This document shows, one piece after another, positions 39,684 to 48,829 of a stretch of DNA of 64,000 bases (the stretch's first letter is position 1; every line of letters starts with the position of its first letter). This DNA is from Gammaproteobacteria bacterium (GTDB taxonomy: Bacteria > Pseudomonadota > Gammaproteobacteria > Eutrophobiales > Eutrophobiaceae). The notes under the pieces are model-generated. The model was not told the origin of the DNA. It did no database searches and saw only the letters and a list, made by a program, of their open reading frames with translations. The DNA lies in contig JANQJZ010000044.1 in the NCBI GenBank assembly GCA_028281365.1, forward strand, positions 29,818 to 93,817, read 5' to 3'. Made by a program: the position numbers and the translations under genes.

Positions 39684-40424
39684 TCAAACTCTGAAACCAC
39701 CATGCCTGCGCCGGTTTAGAAAGTCGAGTAGATATGCACCAGCAGCCACGCCAATAATTAAAACAATAATACAGGTGGTAATCAATTGCTTCCAATTGGC
39801 AAAACCAAATGTTCCATTATTAACAGATAAATCAGTATCCTTGACATCGATACCAGATGATTGCATTTGAGCAATAAGCTGTTTATTTTCCTGTTTCAAT
39901 TTTTCAATTTCGGATAAAAATTTATCTGAATCATCAAGATCAGCAATCCTTGCTTTCAAGTCCGTCAATTCCGCCTGTAATTCTCCGGCTTTAAGTCGTT
40001 CTGAATTGAGTTGTTGCTCTAACTGTTTTTGTGAGCCTGTTGCTGCAGTGGATCCAGTGTTAATCGAGGTTTGACTTTTAGTCTTCAGGATTTCAATTTC
40101 CTTCAATAGCTTATTATTTTCGTTTTCCAAAACAGCCAACTGGGCCCGGCCAGGTTTTTGGGCAACAACATATTTAACGTTGATCCAGCCTTGAATTCCT
40201 TCGGGTTCTTTTACAAGAATCAAATCATCAGCGCGTTCAATGACTGTTAATTCTGTCCCACTTGGTACAAGTTTAGTAATCGGACTATCAACACTACGCT
40301 CTTGATGTAAACCAATATTTAAGCTGTCAATCACATAAAGTGTTTCTGCCGATGCCGGTAATATGAAGCTAATTAAAAAGACAAACAGCAGATATCTTGT
40401 TGATGAGTTGATTCGTAAATCCAT
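39684..40424 (-). CDS. SH3-domain / coiled-coil / C-terminal TM protein (YgiM/TIGR04211-like)
   Basis: Signal peptide, SH3-like N-domain, long coiled coil and C-terminal TM helix. Confidence 0.55.
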   Translation of the reverse strand: MDLRINSSTRYLLFVFLISFILPASAETLYVIDSLNIGLHQERSVDSPITKLVPSGTELTVIERADDLILVKEPEGIQGWINVKYVVAQKPGRAQLAVLENENNKLLKEIEILKTKSQTSINTGSTAATGSQKQLEQQLNSERLKAGELQAELTDLKARIADLDDSDKFLSEIEKLKQENKQLIAQMQSSGIDVKDTDLSVNNGTFGFANWKQLITTCIIVLIIGVAAGAYLLDFLNRRRHGGFRV

Positions 40425-40427
40425 AAT

Positions 40428-42467
40428 TTATGCTGCTATTCCGGAATGTCTTAATAAAGGCTCAATACTCGGTTTACGTCCACGAAATTCGATAAATAAC
40501 TCCATCGGCTCTCGACTTCCACCTTGTTCAAGTATGGTTTGTAAAAATTCTCGGCCCGTTGTTTTATCAAAGATACCCTTTTCCTCAAATTTGGAAAAGG
40601 CATCAGCTGATAATACCTCTGCCCATTTATAGCTATAGTAACCGGCAGCATAGCCGCCGGCAAAAATATGCGAAAAACTATGTTGAAATCTATTGAAATC
40701 GGGCGGAATAATGACCGCAACCTCCCTGCGCACCTCATTTAATAAATCCTGTATATTCAAGCAGGGATTATTCGCAAACTCCAGATGCAGACGAAAATCA
40801 AAAATTGCAAATTCTAATTGTCTGACCATTTGCATGCCGGACTGGAAAGTCCTCGCATTATTCATTTTAGTGTAAAGCTCTTCGCTAATGACCTCTCCGG
40901 TTTTAACATGCCTGGCAAACAAATCCAGGGCCTCCTTCTCCCAGCACCAGTTCTCCATAAATTGGCTGGGTAATTCAACGGCATCCCACGGTACGCCATT
41001 GATTCCCGCCACACCACTATAATCGACCTGGGTTAACATATGGTGCAAACCATGACCAAATTCATGGAACAACGTCGTTACCTCGTCATGCGTTAGTAAT
41101 GAAGCGTCATTGCCTATTGGCGGTGTAAAATTACAGGTAAGATAAGCAACAGGATTTTGTATATTTTTATTAGATTTTCTTCTAACAATGCATTCGTCCA
41201 TCCATGCACCACCTCGTTTGTTTTGTCTCGCATATAGATCGAGATAAAAACCTGCTTTAACGTTCCCGCTATTACCATAAATCTCAAAATACAAAACATC
41301 TTCGTGCCATATACTTATATCTTCACGCCGGTGTATCGTTACATCATAGAGTTTTTCAGTTATAGCAAATAAACCTTCTATAACCTGATTTACAGGAAAA
41401 TAAGGTCGTAATGCTTCTTGTGAGATATCAAATTTTTCTTGTCTTAACTTTTCTGAATAATATGCAACATCCCATGCTTCCAGTGTGTCAATATTCGCGG
41501 TTTCTTTTACATAATTTTTTAACTCCTCAAATTCCTTTTGCGCATGAGTAATTGACTTGTTTGCCAAATCAGTCAGGAAGTTGATTACCTCTTCCGGATT
41601 CTCAGCCATCTTTGTTGCCAGGGAATAATGAGCATAACTTTCAAACCCAAGCATACGGGCTTTATCTGTTCTTAATTTAAGAATCTCGTACATGTTATTA
41701 CTGTTATCCCATTGCCCGGCATTTGGTCCCAGGTCGGAAGCACGGGTAACATAAGCATGATACATTTCCTTACGTAATTCGGAATTATCTGCATATTGCA
41801 TAACGGGCATATAGGATGGAAACTCCAGTGTAAACAACCAGCCCTGTTGGTTTTCATTTTTAGCAGCTTGTTCGGCCAGGGCTAAAGCTGTATCGGGCAA
41901 TCCGGAAAGTTCTTTTTTATCTGTGATTGGTTTTTTCCAGGCATATGTCGCATCCAGCAGGTTTTCTTCAAATTTTGTTTGCAGCCTGGATAATTTTTGC
42001 TGAATAGCTTTATACTTTTCTTTAGATTCTGCATCGAGATCGATTCCAGATAGACGAAAATCACGCAAGGAATTTTCAATTATCTTTTTTTGCGCATTGG
42101 ATAATGAATTATATTTCTCGCTGTTTGCTAAATTTTCAAAAGCTTTGAATAATTCGACATTCTGGCCCATTTCAGTTGAATAGTCTGAAAGCTTTGGCAA
42201 ACAAGCATTATATGCTTTTCGTAATTCATCATTATCCGCAACTGAATGCAGATGGCTTGCTGGTGACCATGCACGATTTAATTGATCATCCATATCTTCC
42301 AGGACTTGAACAAAACTGTCCCAATTCAAATCTGTAATATCCTCCAATATGGATTTAACTTCAGAACGGTTATTTGATATCAAATGATCTATCGCGGGCT
42401 CTATGTGATTAGCCTTAATAGAATCAAAATTCGGCAAACCTGCCATATTCAAAAGCGGATTGTTCAT
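40428..42467 (-). CDS. prlC: Oligopeptidase A (M3 family)
   Basis: HEFGHGLHH zinc motif, 679 aa. Confidence 0.85.
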   Translation of the reverse strand: MNNPLLNMAGLPNFDSIKANHIEPAIDHLISNNRSEVKSILEDITDLNWDSFVQVLEDMDDQLNRAWSPASHLHSVADNDELRKAYNACLPKLSDYSTEMGQNVELFKAFENLANSEKYNSLSNAQKKIIENSLRDFRLSGIDLDAESKEKYKAIQQKLSRLQTKFEENLLDATYAWKKPITDKKELSGLPDTALALAEQAAKNENQQGWLFTLEFPSYMPVMQYADNSELRKEMYHAYVTRASDLGPNAGQWDNSNNMYEILKLRTDKARMLGFESYAHYSLATKMAENPEEVINFLTDLANKSITHAQKEFEELKNYVKETANIDTLEAWDVAYYSEKLRQEKFDISQEALRPYFPVNQVIEGLFAITEKLYDVTIHRREDISIWHEDVLYFEIYGNSGNVKAGFYLDLYARQNKRGGAWMDECIVRRKSNKNIQNPVAYLTCNFTPPIGNDASLLTHDEVTTLFHEFGHGLHHMLTQVDYSGVAGINGVPWDAVELPSQFMENWCWEKEALDLFARHVKTGEVISEELYTKMNNARTFQSGMQMVRQLEFAIFDFRLHLEFANNPCLNIQDLLNEVRREVAVIIPPDFNRFQHSFSHIFAGGYAAGYYSYKWAEVLSADAFSKFEEKGIFDKTTGREFLQTILEQGGSREPMELFIEFRGRKPSIEPLLRHSGIAA

Positions 42468-42521
42468 ATTTAAAGATATAAAGTTATATTTTTTTATTTC
42501 AAGATATTAAGTCAAAATGCA

Positions 42522-43481
42522 CTAACTCGCTAATCTTATACTTATCATCCAGGTTACAAGACTGCCAGCAATTAAAAAAACGCCAATGGAAAGAAGCGAA
42601 TATATATGTAGTTTTTTCGTCAGGTCATCCTGTGCAAGTGCCGACAATATATAAGGTCTGCGCCGATCATTGGTCTTGCCCATTAGATGCACGGGCGGTA
42701 ACAGTTTTTGTTCATCATGTTTTTCCATAACTTTTTTATATGCTGCTTCCCTGACTTTTTGCCATTCCTGTAAATCCAGTTCACCGTCTTTATCGGTATC
42801 AAACTGTTTCATCAATTTTTCTGTATCTGTCTTCCATTCTCTTATTAATTCACGAACATCTTCGTTCACATCCAATTTTGCTCCGGAACCACCTACTGTT
42901 TTATAAAAACCAATCGCATAAAGACTCTCACCAGAGTGCAATAGTTTCTCCGTGTACCTGTATTTATTCACGCTCCCAATAAGACTTCTGGTAAATCGAC
43001 CCATAGCACTTGCTTTAACACTTCCAGGGTTAGCAGACGGAGATGAACTATGACCATACCAAACCCGACTATCACTAACAGTGACATTAGCCCCTTCCGG
43101 GTCAATGACACACTCACCCGTTTCGTCCTTTATTAAAAATAATTCATCACTGATTCCTTTCCTGATGGTTTTCCATTCCGTGCGTTTTCCACTTTGCCTT
43201 CGTTCTTCAACCCGGTACTCATACCATGTGCATGATTTACCGGTTAAAGGTGAAGCAATAGGTTGACCGTCCATCAAATAGCCATGCCCAACTAATTCAA
43301 TATAACCCTGGGCAGCGGAACGTATCTTCGATGTCGGCGTATCTTCTATGATTCTTTTTTTATGTGTGACGTGAAAAGCAAAGAAAAAGCCTGTTATTGC
43401 AGCAACAACTAATCCTGTAGACCAAAGCCAAAAATCGTCAGACGGACTTATTATGACCCATTCTTTCAGAGTATTAAGCAT
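42522..43481 (-). CDS. Membrane protein with N- and C-terminal TM helices and an EF-hand Ca-binding loop (GIDE-like topology)
   Basis: DTDKDGELDLQEW EF-hand loop with TM helices at both ends. Immediately downstream of lemA. Confidence 0.45.
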   Translation of the reverse strand: MLNTLKEWVIISPSDDFWLWSTGLVVAAITGFFFAFHVTHKKRIIEDTPTSKIRSAAQGYIELVGHGYLMDGQPIASPLTGKSCTWYEYRVEERRQSGKRTEWKTIRKGISDELFLIKDETGECVIDPEGANVTVSDSRVWYGHSSSPSANPGSVKASAMGRFTRSLIGSVNKYRYTEKLLHSGESLYAIGFYKTVGGSGAKLDVNEDVRELIREWKTDTEKLMKQFDTDKDGELDLQEWQKVREAAYKKVMEKHDEQKLLPPVHLMGKTNDRRRPYILSALAQDDLTKKLHIYSLLSIGVFLIAGSLVTWMISIRLAS

Positions 43482-43505
43482 CTCGGACTAAACTAAAAAG
43501 AAGAT

Positions 43506-44078
43506 TTAATTAAATAAAGCTTTTATATCTACGTCTTTCTTTTCTTCGTCGCTAAATTCAAGTAAGTCTCTAGCAGTAAACGCCATCATCCTGGCAATGA
43601 TTACATCCGGAAATTGTTCTATCCGAACATTATTTGCGTTGACAGATTCATTATAAAATTCACGTCGATCTGCTATCGCTTCTTCCAGCCCTGAAATACG
43701 TTGCTGCAGATGTTGAAAATTTTCATTGGCTTTTAAATCCGGGTAGGCCTCGGCAACAGCAAACAGATTACCCAATCCCATTCTAAGTTGAGTCTCTGCT
43801 GGACCCAGTGAAGAAACATCGCCTTTTTCTCTTGCTGCAAACACAGCCGCGCGCGCCTGCATCACTTTTTCCAATGTTTCCTGTTCAAATCCCATATATT
43901 GTTTACAGGTTTCAACCAGCTTTGGTAACTCATCGTGACGTTGTTTTAACAATACATCAATATTTGACCACGCCTTGGAAACATTGTGTTTTAAGGAAAC
44001 CAGGTTGTTATAGATAGTAACAACGTACATGACTATTGCTGCAACTATTCCCAGAAAAATGATCGTGGATACATCCAT
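43506..44078 (-). CDS. lemA: LemA-family protein
   Basis: N-terminal TM helix and LemA signature NNLVSLKHNVSKAWSNIDVLLKQRHDELP. Confidence 0.8.
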   Translation of the reverse strand: MDVSTIIFLGIVAAIVMYVVTIYNNLVSLKHNVSKAWSNIDVLLKQRHDELPKLVETCKQYMGFEQETLEKVMQARAAVFAAREKGDVSSLGPAETQLRMGLGNLFAVAEAYPDLKANENFQHLQQRISGLEEAIADRREFYNESVNANNVRIEQFPDVIIARMMAFTARDLLEFSDEEKKDVDIKALFN

Positions 44079-44137
44079 TTAACTTCTCCTTAAAATTTAT
44101 GATGTAAAAATTATAGCGACTATCAGCTAATCTAAAT

Positions 44138-44156
44138 AGTAATAATTATCATTAAG
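44138..44156. promoter_or_regulatory. Putative Fur box upstream of bfr (AGTAATAATTATCATTAAG, ~13/19 to consensus)
   Basis: Match to GATAATGATAATCATTATC, judged by eye. Confidence 0.35.
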
Positions 44157-44244
44157 AAACAAATACTTATAAATTGACAAGCGTTATTTAGTACCTATTA
44201 TTAATTCATTCATTTTAGATAAATCATTACAGGACAAACACATT

Positions 44245-44709
44245 ATGCAGGGTAATAAACAGGTTATCGTTCATTTAAATAAAGTATTAAAAAATGAGTT
44301 AACGGCAATTAACCAATATTTTTTACATGCGCGCATGTATAAAAATTTTGGCTTAAAAGAACTTAATGAGCATGAATACCAAGAATCTGTTGACGAGATG
44401 AAACATGCTGATCAATTAATTGAGCGCATTTTGTTTCTGGAAGGTTTACCAAATTTACAGGACCTGGGTAAATTAAAGATTGGCGAGAACCCCAAGGAAA
44501 TGTTAGAGGCTGATCTAGAACTTGAAATGGAGGCCTTACCTGACTTGAAAGAAGCCATTCAATTTTGTGAAACCGAGCAAGACTATGTATCACGTGAGAT
44601 TTTTGAAGAGATCCTTGAGAGTGAAGAAGAACATGTCGATTGGTTGGAAACCCAATTAGACCTAATCAATAAGGTTGGTCTGGAAAATTATTTACAATCC
44701 AAGATGTAA
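44245..44709 (+). CDS. bfr: Bacterioferritin
   Basis: High similarity to Bfr, including the heme-ligand Met in [10 protein letters not shown]. 154 aa. Confidence 0.9.
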   Translation: MQGNKQVIVHLNKVLKNELTAINQYFLHARMYKNFGLKELNEHEYQESVDEMKHADQLIERILFLEGLPNLQDLGKLKIGENPKEMLEADLELEMEALPDLKEAIQFCETEQDYVSREIFEEILESEEEHVDWLETQLDLINKVGLENYLQSKM

Positions 44710-44715
44710 ATTATT

Positions 44716-44752
44716 GAAAAACCTGCTTTTATTTAAAAAAACAGGTTTTTTA
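44716..44752 (+). terminator. AT-rich hairpin plus T-run after bfr (aaaaaCCTGcttttatttaaaaaaaCAGGtttttt)
   Basis: Seen directly in the sequence. Probably only a partial terminator. Confidence 0.45.
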
Positions 44753-44765
44753 TTCAATTCTATTT

Positions 44766-44784
44766 GATAATAATTCTCATTAAG
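44766..44784. promoter_or_regulatory. Putative Fur box upstream of bfd (GATAATAATTCTCATTAAG, ~14/19)
   Basis: Match to the Fur consensus, judged by eye. bfd is a classical Fur target. Confidence 0.45.
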
Positions 44785-44831
44785 ACTACAATTCTTAATT
44801 AATTATATACGGATATGTCGATAAATATATT

Positions 44832-45029
44832 ATGTACGTTTGTGTTTGTAACGCCATTACCGAGTCAGACATTAAACAGGCCGTAAATGATGGGGCCAAT
44901 TGTCTGAAGCATCTTGAAACCAAACTGGGAGTAAGTAACCAGTGTGGCGCATGCAGTTGTGATGCAAAGCAATGCCTGACTACAGCATTAGAAGATCAAG
45001 TCACTGATTTCGACGTAATCACTTACTAA
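44832..45029 (+). CDS. bfd: Bacterioferritin-associated ferredoxin
   Basis: MYVCVCNAITE...CGACSC [2Fe-2S] motif, 65 aa. Confidence 0.85.
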   Translation: MYVCVCNAITESDIKQAVNDGANCLKHLETKLGVSNQCGACSCDAKQCLTTALEDQVTDFDVITY

Positions 45030-45088
45030 TTTATCCCTGAATATCTCTCACAGCTATGTGATTTAGTGGATAGATATTTTTAATAAAT

Positions 45089-45107
45089 AATAATGATTCT
45101 TATTTTG
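45089..45107. promoter_or_regulatory. Putative Fur box upstream of porin gene (AATAATGATTCTTATTTTG)
   Basis: ~13/19 match by eye. Confidence 0.35.
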
Positions 45108-45129
45108 ATTTAGATTTAAACATCTATTA

Positions 45130-46401
45130 TTGGGAGGAACTATGAACGTTAATACAAATATCAAAAAAACAATATATTTAATGGTTGCAGCATTGATGGT
45201 GGCACTATCGCCCACTGCCTATTCGGAAACGCCTGATGCTGAAGAGATGTGGAAGATCATCCAGCAGCAACAAAAGGTGATAGAGCAGTTACAAAAGAAG
45301 CTCGAACAGACAGAAGAGAAAGTTCAGGTGACGGAGCAGAAAGTCGAAGAGACGGCCCAGGAAGTTGAAGCGGCGGCTGAGGCAATCGAGACTGCATCAT
45401 CTTCGACAACCGGCAGTGGCTGGTGGGAAAGGACCAGCCTCGGTGGTTATGGTGAACTTCACTTCAATAGCCGAGATGGCGACGACCAGGTCGATTTTCA
45501 CCGTTACGTACTCTACGTTGGACATGAATTTACCGATAGCGTCCGCTTCTTCTCAGAGTGGGAGTTGGAACATTCTCTGGCAGGCGAAGGTAAGCCCGGT
45601 GAAGTGGAGCTCGAACAAGCCTGGATTGAATTGGATATCAATGATAATCATCGCTTCCGTGCCGGTCTGGATATCCTGCCTATCGGTATTATCAATCCTA
45701 CGCATGAACCAAATACCTTTTATGGCGTAGAGAGAAACCGTGTTGAATCGGAAATCATTCCGGCAACATGGTGGGAAGCAGGCGCAGGATTTAATGGTGA
45801 ATTTGCACCGGGTTGGAATTATCACGTCGTTCTTCACTCAGGACTGGATGTCCCGGTTACTGGTTCCAGTGCCGGTAGAATTCGAAGCGGTCGACAAAAG
45901 GTTGCAGAAGCCACAGCTGATCATCTGGCCACAACCGGTAGCTTGAGATTCACCGGTATTCCCGGACTGGAGCTTGGTACTTCATTTCAATACCAGGAAG
46001 ACATAACCGCGGGTGATGATGTTGGTGCAAACGAAGCAACCTTGTTTACCTTTCACGGTGATTACAAACATAGTTCAGGATTTGGACTACGTGCCTTATA
46101 CGCCCGTTGGGACCTGGACATGGTCATAGAGGCGGGTACAGAAGATGACGAACAAGATGGTTTCTACATCGAGCCGTCTTATCGCTTTAGCGAGCTGGTG
46201 GCAATGGGTGATATAGGTATCTTTGGCCGCTGGCAACAACTTGACCTGGCCAATGACAGAGAAGAAGAAAGTGTAGTAGCTGGTATCCAATGGTGGCCGG
46301 TTGATCAGGTTGTCTTCAAGTTTGACTATGAAAACAGGGAAGATGAAGATGCCAACACTGATCAGGATATCTACAGCCTGGGGTTAGGTTTCTCATTCTA
46401 A
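45130..46401 (+). CDS. Outer-membrane porin-like beta-barrel with N-terminal coiled coil; probable start MNVNTNIKK (~45142)
   Basis: Signal peptide, Q/E-rich coiled coil, alternating amphipathic beta strands and C-terminal ...LGLGFSF (terminal Phe). Confidence 0.6.
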   Translation: MGGTMNVNTNIKKTIYLMVAALMVALSPTAYSETPDAEEMWKIIQQQQKVIEQLQKKLEQTEEKVQVTEQKVEETAQEVEAAAEAIETASSSTTGSGWWERTSLGGYGELHFNSRDGDDQVDFHRYVLYVGHEFTDSVRFFSEWELEHSLAGEGKPGEVELEQAWIELDINDNHRFRAGLDILPIGIINPTHEPNTFYGVERNRVESEIIPATWWEAGAGFNGEFAPGWNYHVVLHSGLDVPVTGSSAGRIRSGRQKVAEATADHLATTGSLRFTGIPGLELGTSFQYQEDITAGDDVGANEATLFTFHGDYKHSSGFGLRALYARWDLDMVIEAGTEDDEQDGFYIEPSYRFSELVAMGDIGIFGRWQQLDLANDREEESVVAGIQWWPVDQVVFKFDYENREDEDANTDQDIYSLGLGFSF

Positions 46402-46423
46402 TTTCAGAACTGTTATTTAAAGA

Positions 46424-46442
46424 ATTATCGTTTAACGATAAT
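46424..46442. promoter_or_regulatory. Inverted repeat ATTATCG-tttaa-CGATAAT (GATAAT half-sites, Fur-like) upstream of the FMN_bind gene
   Basis: Perfect 7-bp arms seen directly in the sequence. Confidence 0.4.
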
Positions 46443-46462
46443 ATCCTCTGGTGATGATATTA

Positions 46463-46489
46463 AGGGCGCTTTTTAAGCGCCCTCTTTTT
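46463..46489 (+). terminator. Rho-independent terminator after porin gene (AGGGCGCTTtttAAGCGCCCTcttttt)
   Basis: 9-bp stem plus T-run. Confidence 0.75.
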
Positions 46490-46504
46490 ATGTTTAATTA
46501 AATA

Positions 46505-47029
46505 ATGAAGAAAAGATTAATCTATTTTTTTACTGCTGGTTTTATTTTTTTGTGCCTGGATTCACATGCAAAAGGAACCTATTTAGAACCAGAGCAGTTT
46601 TTAGTTAATACATTTGGAAACAATGTTCCTAAACCAAAAAAATTATGGATTAAAAAAGACCTGAAGCCGGAAATAAAAAAGATCATGGAACATGATCTGG
46701 GCGTTATACGACTACGTTACTGGGATAATGGCGTAAAGACTGCCTGGATATTAGAAGAGATTGGTAGGGATAAACCGATAACCGTTGGTTTAGTCATAAA
46801 AGACAAAAAAATTGAAAAGGTCAATGTATTAATCTTTCGTGAATCCAGGGGCTGGGAAGTAAAATATCCCTTCTTTACAGATCAATACAAGCAAGTCAGT
46901 CTATTGCCTGGATATAAACTTGATAAAAAGATCGATGGGATATCAGGGGCAACGCTTTCTGTTAATGCGTTAAATAAATTGGCCCGACTTGCGTTATATC
47001 TCGACTCATATGTAAAAAAGAATAAATAG
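46505..47029 (+). CDS. Periplasmic FMN-binding domain protein (FMN_bind; candidate covalent flavinylation site GISGATLS)
   Basis: Signal peptide and an NqrC/RnfG-type S-G-A-T motif. Confidence 0.6.
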   Translation: MKKRLIYFFTAGFIFLCLDSHAKGTYLEPEQFLVNTFGNNVPKPKKLWIKKDLKPEIKKIMEHDLGVIRLRYWDNGVKTAWILEEIGRDKPITVGLVIKDKKIEKVNVLIFRESRGWEVKYPFFTDQYKQVSLLPGYKLDKKIDGISGATLSVNALNKLARLALYLDSYVKKNK

Positions 47030-47030
47030 T

Positions 47031-47750
47031 ATGTTTGCATTTTTTCAAAAGTGGCACAGGAAGATAGGCATTATTGTTGCACTTTTCGTCATTTTCCTGG
47101 TGATTAGTGGCATAGCACTGAATCATAGTCATACACTAAAACTAAACATTCATTATATAAAGAATGATTGGTTGCTTGATTTATATCAAATTAACCCGAC
47201 AAAAAAACCGATAGGGTTTAATGAAGCGAATAATTGGGTGACTCAAATAGAAAATAGAATTTATTTTAATGATATAGAAGTAGCAAATGATATCGATCAA
47301 CTATTTGGCCTGATTTTAATTAACGACAATTTTGTTATTGCTATGGATGGCCAGTTAACACTGGTATCTAAACAAGGGGAAATCATAGAGCATATGACTG
47401 GTGCCGACGGTGTTCCTGCAGGGATGCGTGAGATTGGTATTTCAGATGAAAAAAATATAATTATTAAAGCCGCACATGGATTTTATCAGGTAAATCTCGA
47501 TGAACTTGAGTGGGAGGAATTTGATCATCTTGATGCTGTATGGTCAAAGGCCAAACCATTACCGAATGAGCTTGAACAATCACTACTTAAAAAATATCGA
47601 GGCACAGGACTCAGCATGGAAAGAGTCTTACTGGATTTACACAGTGGCAGAATTTTAGGTCCATGGGGGGTGTATCTGGTTGATATTGCCGCGATATTGT
47701 TTTTATTGCTGGCTTTAAGCGGCTCCTGGATGTGGTGGACAAAACGCTAA
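47031..47750 (+). CDS. PepSY-associated TM-helix protein (two PepSY_TM helices flanking a periplasmic domain)
   Basis: N-terminal WHRKIGIIVALFVIFLVISGIAL and C-terminal LHSGRILGPWGVYLVDIAAILFLLLALSGSWMWW helices. 1 nt after the FMN_bind gene. Confidence 0.6.
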   Translation: MFAFFQKWHRKIGIIVALFVIFLVISGIALNHSHTLKLNIHYIKNDWLLDLYQINPTKKPIGFNEANNWVTQIENRIYFNDIEVANDIDQLFGLILINDNFVIAMDGQLTLVSKQGEIIEHMTGADGVPAGMREIGISDEKNIIIKAAHGFYQVNLDELEWEEFDHLDAVWSKAKPLPNELEQSLLKKYRGTGLSMERVLLDLHSGRILGPWGVYLVDIAAILFLLLALSGSWMWWTKR

Positions 47751-47777
47751 AAAAATTTTTACATATTATGTAATTCG

Positions 47778-47796
47778 GAATCATTATCATTTATAC
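47778..47796. promoter_or_regulatory. Putative Fur box upstream of fbpA (GAATCATTATCATTTATAC)
   Basis: Contains an ATCATTATCATT core similar to the Fur consensus. Confidence 0.45.
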
Positions 47797-47824
47797 TTTC
47801 AAAATACGGAAATAAGCTATAAAA

Positions 47825-48829
47825 ATGAAGAACTTATTAATTATTGTATTACTGCTTTTTCAACAACAACTATTTGCTGCGGAAGTGAATGTCTATTCCG
47901 CGCGTAAAGAGGCCTTGATTAAACCGTTATTCGATCAGTTTACTGAACAAACAGGCATCGATGTAAATCTTGTAACCGGTAAGGCAGACACATTAATAAA
48001 ACGTCTGGAAGTTGAAGACAAAAATAGTCCCGCGGATATTTTAATAACTGTTGATGTTGCCCGCTTAATCAGAGGAAAAGAAAAAGGACTATTTCAATCC
48101 GTGAATTCAACTATTTTAGAAGAAACTATTCCTGTTCATTACCGCGATAGTAATAAAGAATGGTTTGGTTTGTCATTGCGATCACGTGTCATGGTTTATG
48201 CGCCTGATCGTGTTACTGATGATGAGCTTGACAGCTATATCGATCTTGCTGATGAAACCTGGAAGAATCGATTATGTGTCCGTTCATCTTCTAACGTCTA
48301 TAATCAGTCATTAGTTGCTGCCATGATTTCAAATTATGGTATTGAAAAAACGAAACACTGGGCGGATAGATTAGTTGGTAATTTTGCAAGACCTCCTAAA
48401 GGTGGTGATCGCGATCAAATTAAGGCTGTTGCAGCCGGGATATGCGATGTTGCTTTAGTTAATAACTATTACCTGGCGGGCATGTTGGAATCATCACGAG
48501 ATGATGAAGTCACTGCAGCTAAAAAAGTAAAATTATTCTGGCCAAATCAAGATGGTCGTGGTGCACATATGAATATTAGTGGTGCTGCACTTTTAAAATC
48601 GGCGAAACATAAAAATGAAGCGGTGAAATTACTTGAATTTCTTGTTAGTGATGCTGCACAACAATGGTATGCAGACACCAATCACGAATATTCCATTAAC
48701 CAGAAAATAAAAAGTAATTCAATATTAAAAAATTGGGGTGACTTTAAAGCTGATACATTAAATTTAAGCCTGTTAGGCAAACATAATACGGATGCTGTCA
48801 TATTAATGGACCAGGTTGGTTGGAAATGA
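47825..48829 (+). CDS. fbpA: Fe(3+) ABC transporter periplasmic binding protein (FbpA/AfuA family)
   Basis: Signal peptide and family similarity, 334 aa. Confidence 0.8.
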   Translation: MKNLLIIVLLLFQQQLFAAEVNVYSARKEALIKPLFDQFTEQTGIDVNLVTGKADTLIKRLEVEDKNSPADILITVDVARLIRGKEKGLFQSVNSTILEETIPVHYRDSNKEWFGLSLRSRVMVYAPDRVTDDELDSYIDLADETWKNRLCVRSSSNVYNQSLVAAMISNYGIEKTKHWADRLVGNFARPPKGGDRDQIKAVAAGICDVALVNNYYLAGMLESSRDDEVTAAKKVKLFWPNQDGRGAHMNISGAALLKSAKHKNEAVKLLEFLVSDAAQQWYADTNHEYSINQKIKSNSILKNWGDFKADTLNLSLLGKHNTDAVILMDQVGWK

